64,000 nt of DNA from Octopus vulgaris (lineage: Eukaryota). The position numbers and the translations under genes were made by a program. Below, piece by piece: positions 24,074 to 37,007 of the stretch; position 1 is the first letter of the stretch; each line of letters starts with the position of its first letter. Under the pieces are notes generated by a model. It was not told the DNA's origin, ran no database searches, and worked only from the letters and a program-made list of their open reading frames with translations. The stretch is from contig OX597821.1 of assembly GCA_951406725.2 (NCBI GenBank), forward strand, positions 97,774,001 to 97,838,000, in the 5' to 3' direction.

Positions 24074-25431
24074 CATATATATACATGTGTGTGTGTGTGT
24101 GTGTGTGTGATGGGTTCTCTCCTCATGAATGACAAATGAGGGTTCAGTAAAATAAAACGCTAATCATGTTCTATGGACACACAAGTCTTTTGAGGCCTGT
24201 TAGTGCCTTGCAAATCTTTTGACAAATGGAACAAGTTGAGGACTCAGTTTGCTTGAGTGCTTGTGGATCATTTACTACATATTTTCTTGAGTAGATGGCA
24301 AGACCTGCTTTGTTACATGGCACAAAACCACAATGATAGGTAAGGTTTTCATTTAAAGGAGCAGTGGTTTGTCAGCATGCCTTCATGCCTGTGTGAAGAT
24401 GATCCCAATGCTGGAGTCACTTTGCTCAAATCTTTGAACAGAGGAGAAGCAGGACTGGTGCCAAGTCCAGCGTCTTGATCCTTTGTTTTCCCAGGATGAA
24501 AAAGGAATATTGCATTGCTTCAGAGTGTCTTTTATATAGAAGCATGGCACAGCCTCCTGCCTGACCAGTTCCTATCAAACTGTCCAACACATGCCAGCAT
24601 GGAAGGAGGACGTTAAGTGATGATGATATATATATATTAATTTGGTGTATAAAAGAACATAATAAACAATTTGATTTGGAATGGAATAATCTATCTAGAT
24701 CCTTTCCATATGATAAAGGTAAATCCTTTTGTCTGCTCTGTAATGAAGAACAATATTTCATTCTGTTCTCAGAGAATCTTCATGCAAACACGTTTAAAGA
24801 ACAAGTTTATCATTGCAAACATTGGCAAAAACATACCTTTAGTTCCTATAAGTAATTTCTACCAATCTATAAAATTCGACCTTTAACTGTCTTCTTGCAT
24901 TTCATTTCCACTAAATATATCTATTTCCACACCTTTAAGCTTTATTCCCATATATCTATCACACTATATTTCTCCACTCTTAATTTTCTGTGAATTTCTT
25001 TCTTTCTCCTCCTTCTCTTTCTCTAAATTGCCTTTGATGTTAAATCTATTAACGGTTTTTAAAAAAATAACTTGCCAGCATTCTCCTTCATCATATATGC
25101 AGTAATCACATTCAGTTAAAATGGCTTAGTGATGTGTTTTGTTTCTCTTTTCTTTCCTGAAGAGGTGATTGCATTGTTTTATATCATTTTATTCCCTCCG
25201 GAATAATACTAATGTTTTCTTATGTGGGAAGTATAAAGATTTGAATAACACTTGCGTTTAACTCCATTTCTTAATTTATCTATGTGATACAAAAGCATTT
25301 CACTAAACCCTGGAATTTCTACCTTTATAAGTAGGCTGTAACATCCTTGGCACTTATGTGAATTTTTGCTACCTTGGTAACTATTTGTTTTTTACTGTGA
25401 TGTTTGTACACATTGAAAAAATACACATACA

Positions 25432-26101
25432 TTGAGGGAACTGGGCTACTGGAGTTCTGTGATGCATGTAACCTTTTAATCTGCAACACTAACTTCAGGA
25501 AACCAGACAGCCACCTGATAACCTGTTAATCAGGCGACTCTGCTAGCCAGATTGATTTCATCCTCACCAGACAGCGGGAGCATGGTTGCTCTTAAATACA
25601 AAGACCCTCCCAGGTGAAGAATGCACCCTCCAGCATAGACTAGTCAATAGTCACTTTCAACTTGAGACCAGGAGGATGCCAAAAAACAGACCAATCCAGA
25701 GGAGAAGGATTTGGAAGCTAAAGAATCCTTCACATGATCAGAGATTTAGGGACATCCTCATGAAGAAATTTGAGGAGAGGGAGGAGGAACTACAGTCCTT
25801 GGACATAGAAGGTAGCTGGAAATTTCTACAGGACAGCTTACTGAGTGCCACAGACCATGTCTGCGGATGGTGCAAAGTCCCTTCCAGACCTAGAGTAGCG
25901 TGGTGGTGGAATGATATGGTAGACAAAGCTATCAGAGCAAAGAAACAAGCCTGGAAAGCCTGGAAGGGTGGGGGTAGCAGGGAACTGTACCAGATAGCCA
26001 AAAGAGAGGCTGGGCAACAGGTATACATAGCCAAGGGTGAAGCAGAAAAGAAGTTTTCCAATGTCCAGTGATGTGAGGACCAAAGAACTTAAGTATTTCG
26101 T
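25432..26101 (+). mobile_element. RTE-type LINE fragment (endonuclease end and linker)
   Basis: LLEFCDACNLLICNTNFRK..QIDFIL..QHRLV..WWWNDMVDKAIRAKKQAWKAW; same family as 32122-32969. Confidence 0.8.
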
Positions 26102-26122
26102 TTATATATATATATATATATA

Positions 26123-26615
26123 TCTTATTATAAATCTCTTATTATAAAAGGCAGATTTTATCTGCCTCCCTTTGGGAGTTATACAAATCTACAATATAGG
26201 ATTTCTTCAATTACAATTTACCTAGCATTTTTAAGAGTACAATGCATCGCGTCATGCCAGGTCCAGTTTTTAAAATTTAAACTCCAATTAAGCAAAATTT
26301 ACAGAAAACTCACATTCTGGTGTGTGTGTCAAATGCTTTTCTTAGTCTGGTTTACACTACACGCAAACGCACACACACAGTGGGCAACGAATAAAATGAA
26401 AGTAAATAGCGACAGAGTGATTTGAGGAAGACTAAACTGAAAGTATTCTGTCTATGACGCTGATAGATACATGAGTAAAATGTATGGGAAGCTAAGAGCT
26501 AAGAGTGAGTGAAAATGTTCTTGGAAGAGAGTAAATAGCGAGAGAGAGAGAGTGATTTGAGGAAGACTTTACATTAAATAACCGTAGTGGCTTGTGTTAG
26601 TAATAAAGTAAACAT
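26123..26615 (+). mobile_element. Probable Helitron 5' fragment
   Basis: Starts A|TCTTATTATAAA(TC)TCTTATTATAAAAGGCAG after (TA)n; internal repeat AGAGTGATTTGAGGAAGACT; no CTAG terminus seen. Confidence 0.45.
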
Positions 26616-26631
26616 ACACTCATACATACAT

Positions 26632-26662
<31 letters not shown>

Positions 26663-26924
26663 TACACACACACATACATACACACACACATACATACATA
26701 CACACATACATACATACATATACATACATACATATACATACATACATACACACACACACATACACACACACACAGTATTGAAGCTTGAGAACAATCAGAT
26801 ACATTTGCAACACATCTGTTGAAAATATTATTGTTCACACACATACATATACATATATACATACAGACAGACAGACAGATAGACACACACACACACACAC
26901 ACATGATCCAGCATGGCCACAAAC

Positions 26925-27320
26925 TCAAGGCTGAAACATAAAAGAATAACAGAATATAAATGTGTGCAAAGTACAAGAAATATTAATGCAGTATATGGGG
27001 ATTGGACAATAAGCGTAAGGCAGTGTCAATGGTGGTTCCAGAAATCCCGAGCCATAAACTACAGCCTAGAAGACGAGCCTCATCCTGAAAGATCTGTAGA
27101 ACTCGACAAGGACATCCTGAAAACCCTGGTGGAACAAAATCTCATCGTAACTGTTGAGGAACTAGCAGAGAAGCTTGGATTTGGTCATTCAACCATTCAT
27201 TGAGACCTGTGTGCTATCGGAAAAGTCAGCAAATTGGGTCAATGGGTTCCTCACGAACTTTCCGAGTCTAATTGCATGCAGAGAGTGAATGTATGCTTTT
27301 CTTTGCTGTCACATCTCACC
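26925..27320 (+). mobile_element. Mariner transposase N-terminal fragment
   Basis: STRNINAVYGD..CQWWFQK..SLEDEPH..TVEELAEKLG..GKVSKLGQWVPHEL. Confidence 0.8.
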
Positions 27321-27338
27321 ACTATTGCGCTATGTATA

Positions 27339-27974
27339 TCTATATATATAAAACTGTAGTTGTGTGAGTGTCTGTCCCCTTCGATTTAGATTCCTAACTA
27401 CTCCCACATTTTGCGGTGCAGTTTAACCAAATTCGGGTAGCTTATAGTCGTGATTCATATCGAGCCCGTCTGAATATTAGCGCGCGTCTACGATGAGTCT
27501 TCGATTTTAAAAATAATTTAACATAATTTTTTATTCCATTTTAATGCATAATTTTTCGTGTGTCGATGGCGGCGGAGTTGGCGTCCACGCTCACACCTGC
27601 ACCTGTGGGGAAGGGAGTGTAAGGAAATCAACGTCGTAATGCGTTGTCAAGGAGACCAGTGTTCTTTTAGAACAACGACTTCATGGCTTGAAGACACCAA
27701 AACAGAAATGGCTAAGAAAGCGTCTACATGAGTCTACGATTTAAAAAAAAATTTACCATCGTTTTTTTCCATTTTAATGCATTTTTTCGCTATTATATAA
27801 GGGAAGTAACTCTCTAAAAATGTCTACGATGAGTCAACGATTTTTCAAAAATTTTACCATCATATTTTTTCCATTTTTAATGCATTTTTTGCTATTTTTT
27901 GGCTATAACTCTCTAAAAATGCTTATATAGTTATTTCCCTTACAAACCCGAGCAACGCCGGGCGATACTGCTAG
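27339..27974 (+). mobile_element. Complete non-autonomous Helitron
   Basis: A|TC 5' end, subterminal hairpin CCCGAGCAACGCCGGG (27947-27962), CTAG|T 3' end; three internal repeats beginning GTCTAC(G)ATGAGTC. Confidence 0.85.
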
Positions 27975-28019
27975 TATATATATATATAAACGTATATATA
28001 TATATTAACTTATATATAT

Positions 28020-28243
28020 GGTCGATGCCAGGCCCATCTGACTGGCTCCTGTGCCAGTGGCACATAAAAAGCACCCACTACACTCTCAGAGTGGTTGGCA
28101 TATGGAAGGGCATCCAACTATAGAAACATAGCTAGATCAGATTGGAGCCTAGTGCAGCTACTGGCTCTCCAGACCTCAGTCAAACTGTCCAACCCATGCC
28201 AGCATGGGAAGCGGACGTTAAACAATGATTATGATGATGATGA
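28020..28243 (+). mobile_element. SINE C 3' part
   Basis: GTGGCACATAAAAAGCACCCACTACACTC..GGAAGGGCATCCA..CCAACCCATGCCAGCATGG..(GAT)n. Confidence 0.8.
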
Positions 28244-28271
28244 TATAGATATATATATATATATATATATA

Positions 28272-28485
28272 TATACCAATTAAGGACTGAACACGAAAAG
28301 TGGACAGTCAACATGCTAGATATAGACGTCAAATCGTCATTCACCACAAAAGATTTAGTTCTCAGATCAAACTCAACTGTTGAGTTTGATCTGAGAACAT
28401 AATCTTTTGTGGTGAATGACGATTTGACGTCTATATCTAGCATGTTGACTGTCCACTTTTCGTGTTCAATCACTTAATTGGTATA
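28272..28485. repeat. Near-perfect ~214-bp palindrome centred at 28378
   Basis: ..GATCAAACTCAAC-T-GTTGAGTTTGATC..; arms ~106 bp with few mismatches. Confidence 0.92.
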
Positions 28486-28658
28486 TATAAATATTTTAAT
28501 CTTCGGATTCTTTTTTAATATGCTAGACCACTGGTCTTAATTGATAAATATCAATTTCTACCCTTAATTAATTTTATATATATATATATATATATGAGGA
28601 TATATATATATATATATATATAAAATTTCCTAGCATTTCTAGATTTATTTATCGGAAT

Positions 28659-28718
28659 ATTATGTTGATGAAAGAAATGAATCTCTGATTCTAATCCAGA
28701 AACGTATGCGTCTATAAT
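28659..28718 (+). ncRNA. Type-I hammerhead-like motif (core UUGAUGA, GUC site)
   Basis: ATTATG-TTGATGA-[..GAATC TCT GATTC..]-GAAAC-GTATGC-GTC-TATAAT; stem I AUUAUG/UAUAAU. Confidence 0.55.
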
Positions 28719-29284
28719 TGACCGGACACTGTTTGATTTCGTTTTTTTGCCATAGTGAGTTACAAATACTGTTGTCTGTGGGACATATTTTTGTAGTAAA
28801 AGAAATAACAGTCGTCTGGCTGCTATTTCTAATACTTTCGGTATGTGGTCAAGCAACCTGTTGCAAAGACCCTCTTTGTTATAATTATATATAATTTTAC
28901 CGAATATGGTCCTTTTCCATACCGAAAAACTACTTGGTGAAATTTGTTGATTTTATTAAATTAATTATATTTCACCCTTTATCTGTATTGATTATATATA
29001 TATATATACATATATATATAAGATAGGCATCTTTCTTTCAGCTTTCATTAACTAAATCCACTCACAAGGCTTTTGGTTTGCCTAGGTCTGCAGAGGATAC
29101 TTGCCCAAGATGCCATGCAGTGGGATTGAACCTGAAATGTGGTCTAATTTCCAGTCATCATCAAATATTTTATTCCAGGATGATGTATGTACATAGCCCC
29201 AGACTGGATTCAAAGTAGCAACCCTCCTTTTTAAATTAAGGTTAATAACATTCTAAGTAGATTAATGGAAATATACATTCCATA

Positions 29285-29700
29285 GGCTCAGGAGTGGCTG
29301 TGTGGTAAGTAGCTTGCTTACCAGCCACATGGTTCTGGGTTCAGTCCCACTGCGTGGCATCTTGGGCAAGTGTCTTCTGCTATAGCCCTGGGCCGACCAA
29401 TGCCTTGTGAGTGGATTTGGTAGATGGAAACTGAAAGAAGCCTGTCGTATATATATATATATATATATCTATGTGTGTGTATATGTTTGTGAGTCTGTGT
29501 TTGTCCCCCTAGCATTGCTTGACAACCGATGCTGGTGTGTTTATGTCTCCGTCACTTAGCGGTTCGGCAAAAGAGAGCGATAGAATAAGTACTGGGCTTA
29601 CAAAGAATAAGTCTCGGGGTCGATTTGCTCAACTAAAGGCGGTGCTCCAGCATGGCCATAGTCAAATGACTGAAACAAGTAAAAGAGTAAAGGAGAGAGT
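29285..29700 (+). mobile_element. SINE A, full length
   Basis: Complete head, body and tail. Confidence 0.9.
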
Positions 29701-30328
29701 AATCTTAGTTTAGAAATTAGTTGATCACTCTAAAATAAGCACTTTAAAAATAAGGTTAATGGCTACACCACCATGCATCATTTCAGGGCACATTTGAAAT
29801 GATTGCTTCATCCATTAACCAAACAGATCTATGAAGCTTTCTATTTGATCAGGATGGATAAACTTTTAATTAGAATATAAAAGCTGAAATAACAGGATTC
29901 AAGAATATTTGGTATGTGGAGACAAATTATTATGAACTTCCATCTGCAAACAGATTTCTAATGTATGCAGAACTAGATTAATATTTGATGGTCTTCAATA
30001 TGCTGCCATCATAACTATTAGCTTTTTGAAACATTATTGACTATTATCTGGGCACTAGCTTGCTGGCTTGCAAGAAAGAGTTGTTAAAATTCTTGTAATT
30101 GTTGTTGTTGCTGTGGCTGTTGTGTTGCTGTTGTTGTTGTTGTTGCTATTAGGCTATGAAGAGAGCCAATCAAATGCTGTTACAGCAAAATCATAGATCC
30201 TGAATCCTGGATCTGTATGTATATGCATATATAAATGCATATATATATATATATATATATATGTAGGTAGGTACGTACATATATGTATGTATATATGCAT
30301 ATGTCTTATTTATTTATTGATTTATATA

Positions 30329-30361
<33 letters not shown>

Positions 30362-30462
30362 GCATATATCAATGCATATATATATATGCATGTATATATA
30401 TATATATATAGTGTGTGTGTGTGTGTGTGTGTGTATATACATATATATATATATATACATAA

Positions 30463-30535
<73 letters not shown>

Positions 30536-30548
30536 CATACATACACAC

Positions 30549-30589
<41 letters not shown>

Positions 30590-30590
<1 letters not shown>

Positions 30591-30976
30591 TCCTATATTC
30601 TTTTACATATTTCAGTCATTTGACTGTGGCTGCCTTTAGTCAAACAAATTAACCCCAGGACTTATTCTTTCTAAGCCTAGTACTTATTCTATTGATATCT
30701 TGTGCCGAACCACTAAGTTACGGAGACGTAAGCACACCAGCATCAGTTGCCAAGCGATGGTGGGGGGGGACAAACACAGACAGCAAACACCCCCCCACTC
30801 CCACATATATGACGGACTTCTTCTTTCGGTTTCCATCTACCAAATACACTCACAAGGCTTTGTTTGCCTCGAGGCTATTGTTGAAGACAGTTGCCCAAGG
30901 TACCACACAGTGGGTCTGAACCTGGAACCATGTGGTTGGTAAGCAAGCTACTTACCACACAGCCACTCCTGCACCT
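30590..30976 (-). mobile_element. SINE A between large (TA)n blocks
   Basis: Reverse-complement head and body; (TA)n at 30215-30590 and 30977-31320. Confidence 0.85.
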
Positions 30977-30996
30977 ATATATATATATATATATAT

Positions 30997-31075
<79 letters not shown>

Positions 31076-31169
31076 CATATATACACACATACATACATAT
31101 ATATATATATGCATATATATACATACATAAATACACTTGCATATATATATATATATACATATATATATT

Positions 31170-31201
<32 letters not shown>

Positions 31202-31239
31202 ACATTTATATATATATATACATATATATAATTTATAAA

Positions 31240-31271
<32 letters not shown>

Positions 31272-32121
31272 ATTTATAAATATATATATTTACACACACA
31301 CACACACACACACACACGTGACACTAGCCTCTCCACTATCCATTACACATACTCTCTCCCTTTCTCTGCTGCTAGCTTCCACTTCACCTCCGCTCAGGTG
31401 GCTTATTACTGACTGTCCATCACTCACTCACTCACTGTCTTACCAGTAAACATGTTGTCATTAGTGTCTCTCCACCCCATTATCCCGTTTCTCTTATTAC
31501 ACTCTGCCATAGCTATCCCTCTTCATTACTCCTCTGCCAACGGCTCTCTCCCATTTTCCCCCTCTTCTTTCACTCTGTTACCCAATATACTTCCAATGTA
31601 CTTTTGCTTCTGTCTCCCTCTCATCCTAATTCCTGTTCTGTAATTGCTGTATCTTCTATCCACTTTAAAGGTCAATTTGTGCTGTCCAAATGGAGTAAGT
31701 ACCCTTTAGTCATGTGGAATTCAAGGCAAAGTCACTAGTACTGGTACCATAATAAAATACATTCAGTATACAATGTAAAGTGGTTAACAAATACGTGGAG
31801 ACAATGTAAGGTCAAGAGGATACTTTAGTCTTGTTTTGTGGGGGACATGAGTATTTCTCTAGTATTAATACCATGATAAAATGTATTCAGTTTACACTGC
31901 AAATTGGTTGATGGTAAGAATAAAATGTACAACAGGATCTCTGAATACACATAGGAAGGCAGTAACTTAGAATAAGAACTGACTTGGACTATGAAAGCCC
32001 ATCCAGCCCAAGGCAGCATGGAAATCAGTTGTAAAACAATAATGATGAGAATGATGGCTATGGATGTGTATGCATGTGAAATGTGAATGTATATATATAT
32101 ACATACATATATATATGCGTA

Positions 32122-32969
32122 TAACATGGATGGTGTAGGGGGTGTTGGCATACTCCTTGCAGAGAAATGGGTGGACAAGGTCATAGAGGTTGTCAGGGTA
32201 TGTGATAGAGTGCTTAAGCTCAGGCTAGTCCTACAGAACAGCACAGCTACAATTATCTCCGCGTATGCCCCACATGCGGGGCTACCAAATGATCAGAAGG
32301 ACCACTTTTATGATACCCTTCTGCAGGCTACCTCAAAGACGAGTGGAAATGACCTCATCTTTGTGGCTGGAGACTTTAATTGGCATATTGGGTGGGAATC
32401 TGGTATTTTCACTTGGGTACATGGTGGCCATGGTTTTGGCACCCGAAACGATGAGGGGACTAGGCTACTGGAATTCTGTGATGCATGTAACCTTTTAATC
32501 TGCAACACTAAGTTCAGGAAGCCAGACAGCCACCTTATAACCTGTCAATCAGGGGACTCTGCAAGCCAGATTGATTTCATCCTCACCAGACAGCAGGACA
32601 CAGAGTTGCTTTTAGATACCCAAAGACCCTCCTAGGTGAAGAATGTACAACCCCAGCATAGGCTAGTCATTAGTGACTTTAGCTCAAGGCTAGAAGGATA
32701 CCTAGAAGCAGACCAATCCAAAAAAGAAGGATTTGGAAGCTAAAGAGCCCTTCACACGGTCAGAGATTTAGGGACATCCTCATAAACAAATTTGATGAGA
32801 GGGAGGAGGAGCTACAAACGTCGGACATAGAAGGTAGCTGGAAATTCCTACGGGACAGCTTGCTGAGTGCCACAGACCAAGTCTGTGGATGGTGGAAAGT
32901 CCTTTCCAGACCCAGAGTTACGTGGTAGTGGAATAGTATGGTAGACAAAGCCGTTAGGGCAAAGAAACC
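32122..32969 (+). mobile_element. RTE-type LINE AP-endonuclease fragment
   Basis: GVGILL..VCDRVLKLRL..IISAYAP..VAGDFN..QIDFIL motifs; truncated by CR1-B. Confidence 0.85.
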
Positions 32970-34083
32970 ACCGCCTATTACTTGTCAAGCTTCAAGCATA
33001 TCGTTTCCATCCAGATATTGTACGATGGGTTGGTGCCTTCCTCTCAGATCGCTCCTTCCAAGTCCAAGTTAATGGTTCGCTGTCTGACATCTCCAGTGCG
33101 AGCAGTGGCATGCCTCAAGGTTAAGTACTTGGGCCATTATTGTTTTTAGTCTTCATCAATGACTTGCCCGACGACCTCACGCAACACACCCTTCTATTTG
33201 CTGATAATGTCAAACTGGTTGCTCCTCACAGTGATATAGATGATCTTCGTCGATACCTCCACCAAGTTTGGAGATGGTCAAACGAATGGGACCTGTGTCT
33301 GAACGTGTCAAAATGCTGTTATCTGCCTGTTGGCTCCTCTCCTGCAACTCAACTTGATTTCGAGCTGGGTTGTCTGCTGCTGGAGAAGACCGACCAAGTA
33401 AAGGACCTGGGTATCTTGGTGGATTCTTCCTTTTTGCCTTCAGCCCAATGCGTCCATGCTGCCAACAAAGCATGCGGAGTTCTGTTTTTGATTCGATGGT
33501 CATTCGGAATGCTCACAGCAGCCATATTCCTACCGCTCTATGTCACGCTGGTGAGACCCACATTGGAGTACAGGATTCAAGCCTCTTCTCCTTATCTCCT
33601 CAAAGACATACATCATCTTGATAGAGTCCAGAAGCTAGCTATCTGCATGGTTCTTGGTCTCAAGCATTTGTCTTATGAAGAAAGACTGAAGACGCTCAAC
33701 CTTTATTCTCTCGAAAAACGACGACGCCGTGGTGATCTCATTCTCGCTCACAACATCATAAACGAAAAGTGTAACCTCTCGAAAGAGCTGTTCTTCACTC
33801 CTGCTCCAGAGCGTCGGCTGCGGGGTCACTCCGAAAAGCTCTATCTATGACGATTTCATCTCAATCGAAGGAGAGGGGCTTTCTCCGTCCGGGTTGTAGA
33901 TCCGTGAAATAAGCTGCCGGACGAGATAGTGAAGATGCTGACGACAGCTCGGTTCAAAGTCTCTCTTGACCAGAAATGGCCTGAACTCTTTGTATGACCA
34001 CCCTCCCTGTATATAACTCCCTGTCCCCCTGCTTTTGCTTTTTGAGCCAATAAAAATTGAATTGAATTGAATTGAATTGAATA
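32970..34083 (+). mobile_element. CR1-B LINE, 5'-truncated, degenerate RT
   Basis: SGMPQG*VLGPLLFLVFINDLP..LFADN..VKDLGI..LVRPTLEY..LEKRRRRGDLI; (AATTG)n tail. Confidence 0.9.
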
Positions 34084-34265
34084 CAGCTGGATGCCCTTCC
34101 TAATGCCAACCACTCCAAGATTGTAGTGGGTGCATTTTATGTTCCACTGGCACGGGGCCAATCAGGCGGCACTGACATCGACCACACTATATATATATAT
34201 ATAGGTATATGTATATATGTATGTATGTATATATGTATGTATGAACATATATATGTATGTGCGTG

Positions 34266-34298
<33 letters not shown>

Positions 34299-34967
34299 GG
34301 GATAACAGTGCTTTCAACTAATGTTTTTCTATCTAATTTCGCTTTGTATACTGTATAGTAATGATTTGTGATGGTTCCTTGTTGTAAATGCATGGTTAAT
34401 GAACAAGAAAATACTTCTATCTCTGATGACACACTCTTCATAATGATTTATAACTTCCATGTTCACATTAAAATCAGTATATTACATCGATTGTCTGTGC
34501 CTTGGGATTCAATGTGGACGTGAAACTTTTACACTCTCGTGTTTTCATAATATATTTTATATATTTGTGGTTAGATGTGATTCATGTTGTTCTCTTTTTT
34601 AGTGAGTTTTAAATGATGTATTCATTCATTCTGAAATTAGAATGAATTTTGTTTATTCTACATGTATGATTTGTGTATTTCTAATAGATGCTGCATCTGT
34701 TGTATCTGGTGTGAATGGATTTGTTCTTGTGCTGTTCTATAACTTGGTCTGTTTATCTAGTCAGGTATCAATTTATGTTTGTTTCACTCATAGGATTTCT
34801 TTAATTGCAGGTTTCTTTAGTGGACAAGAATCTGAAAGCTTATTTCAGAAGAGATTTGACTCTAGATATTTATATCTAGGTCTCCATGCATCTATGCATT
34901 TGTTCGAGTATTTATTTTTTGTTTCTGTGTATACTAAGTATTGTTCTGTATTTCTACATTTATATGG

Positions 34968-35182
34968 TTGCCAGCCTCATCTGGCACCTGTGCCGGTGGT
35001 ACGTAAAAATCACCCACTACACTCACGGAGTAGTTGGCGTCAGGAAGAGCATCCAGCCATAGAAACATTGCCAGATCAGACTGGGCCTGGTGCAGCCTTC
35101 TGGCTTCCCAGACCCCAGTTGAACCGTCCAACCCATGCTAGCATGGAAAGCAGATGCTAAACGAAGATGATGATGATGATGA
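34968..35182 (+). mobile_element. SINE C 3' part
   Basis: CTGGCACCTGTGCCGGTGG..CCAACCCATGCTAGCATGG..(GAT)n. Confidence 0.85.
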
Positions 35183-35935
35183 TATCTAAGAATCAGGTGA
35201 TGTCATAGTCTGAATTTATATTAGAGCTATATTACACAATAAATTTAAATGTAAAAATATTTTTGAGATCTTTTAGTATACCTACCCGTTCTTCTATATC
35301 AAAACAATTATGTTTTTGATGTACCTAATACAGATAATGTGGTTATGTTCAATACTGGAAAAAACTTTGTTTCATGTTTACCATGAATGTGGGCCTGATT
35401 GGAAAACTCATAACCACTCCATTCCTCTGTGTGTATAGGCTGTCTTGTAGGCAAAGGAAAGAACCTTGTTTGTGCCGGTCAATAAAAACATTTTAAGGAT
35501 GTTTCTTGCCATATTAGGTGGCTTTACCCTAGGATGTATACCCATCTTCTTCAAAATTCTACTGATTGTTACTTTTACAAAAGTTTTGGTACAAAGACTT
35601 TCTACATTTATGGTGGAAATGTCAAATTTGTTGGTTTCCTACAAATTTTCAAAGAATTCGCCCAATAATTGTATGCTACATCATTCATCATCATCATCAT
35701 CATTGTTTAACGTCCGTTTTCCATGCTGGCATGGGTTGGATGGTTCAACTGGGGTCTGGGAAGCCAGGTGGCTGCACCAGGCCCCCATATTTCTCTATGA
35801 TACTATTTAGTTATTTGGCAATTCTGTGAGTAGGTGTATTGATTAAGTGTATTGTATTAGTATTAGTGTGCATCCTTGTCTACTTGAAAGTTGTCATCAG
35901 CACTGTCCACTTGTAAGTTCATGTCACCATTATTA

Positions 35936-36197
35936 TGTTGTGGTGGTATTCCGCATCATACTATTTTTGACTCGTCTATCGTGCTATTGCTGATAGCTCT
36001 ACAAGACAATGACTTTGAAATATCTACCTTAACGGTAACTCAAACTCATATATAGCACATAACTGGCTCCAACTGAGAACTCGTACAATGACTCTACTAG
36101 TACTAACCTTGTACAACATACTGACTGTCTGACTTCGTAGTGGCTGATTCATACCACTTTGTCGCGTGGGAAGGAGTGTACCATTTTCACTACAACA
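35936..36197. mobile_element. Possible short solo LTR
   Basis: Termini TGTTGTGGTG / CACTACAACA (9/10 inverted); no TSD. Confidence 0.35.
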
Positions 36198-36750
36198 GAA
36201 GATTGTAGACCAGAGAAGATGCTTGTGTTTATGAGTTTTTACAGAGCTATAAATATATGTTAGGTTAAACTCTCCTGTGTATATATCTTATTTGAGCATC
36301 ACTGTGGTAATTTATTGAATTTAATGTTTCAGTTATTATAAATTGTTGTCTTCCCAAATTTTCCTAAATTTGCTGTTGTTGTTATAGAGTATGTTTCTTA
36401 TTTCAGTAATGCATTCATCTTTGTTCATAATAACAAGCAGTTAACTCTTATTGCTGTTATGTATTACAATTTTATCATTTCTTTTCAGGCCCCGTAGAGC
36501 TAATTTACGACTTATTTTAAGTATGTCTTTATTGTATTTATATCTATTTATTGCCTTCACACCTGAATGAGTCTTGTAGTTTATCATCAATATTTATGAT
36601 AGTTTTCTCAAGAGCCTTGAAGAGACTGGTAGAGTAATTCAAGTCCAGCTTCTTGAAATGTTAATGAACTTAGAAATAATAAGATGAAGGACTACTTGGG
36701 AAATATGAAAAGTCCTTAATAGAGAAGATTAAATTCAAATACAGTCACGA

Positions 36751-36798
<48 letters not shown>

Positions 36799-36799
36799 C

Positions 36800-37007
36800 T
36801 TTTCTACCTCAGGCACAAGGCCCAAAAGGGAGGAGGCCCAGTCAATTAGGTCAACCCCAGTACACAACTGGTACTTAATTTATCGACCCCGAAAGAATGA
36901 AAGACAAAGTCGATCTTGGCGGAATTTGAACTCAGAACATAAAGACAGATGAAATACCGCTAGGCATTTCGGCCACCATGCTAAAGTTTCTGCCAGTTCA
37001 CAGCCGT
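36800..37007 (-). mobile_element. SINE B, diverged
   Basis: CTGGTACTTAATTTATCGACCCCGAAAG..GGCGGAATTTGAACTCAGAAC. Confidence 0.8.

Noticed and set aside
28180-28473. 97-aa ORF with internally repeated peptides
   Set aside because: A by-product of the DNA palindrome and (TA)n.
32087-32635. Craniofacial development protein 2-like gene
   Set aside because: It is the AP-endonuclease of a broken RTE LINE with a second copy at 25.4 kb.
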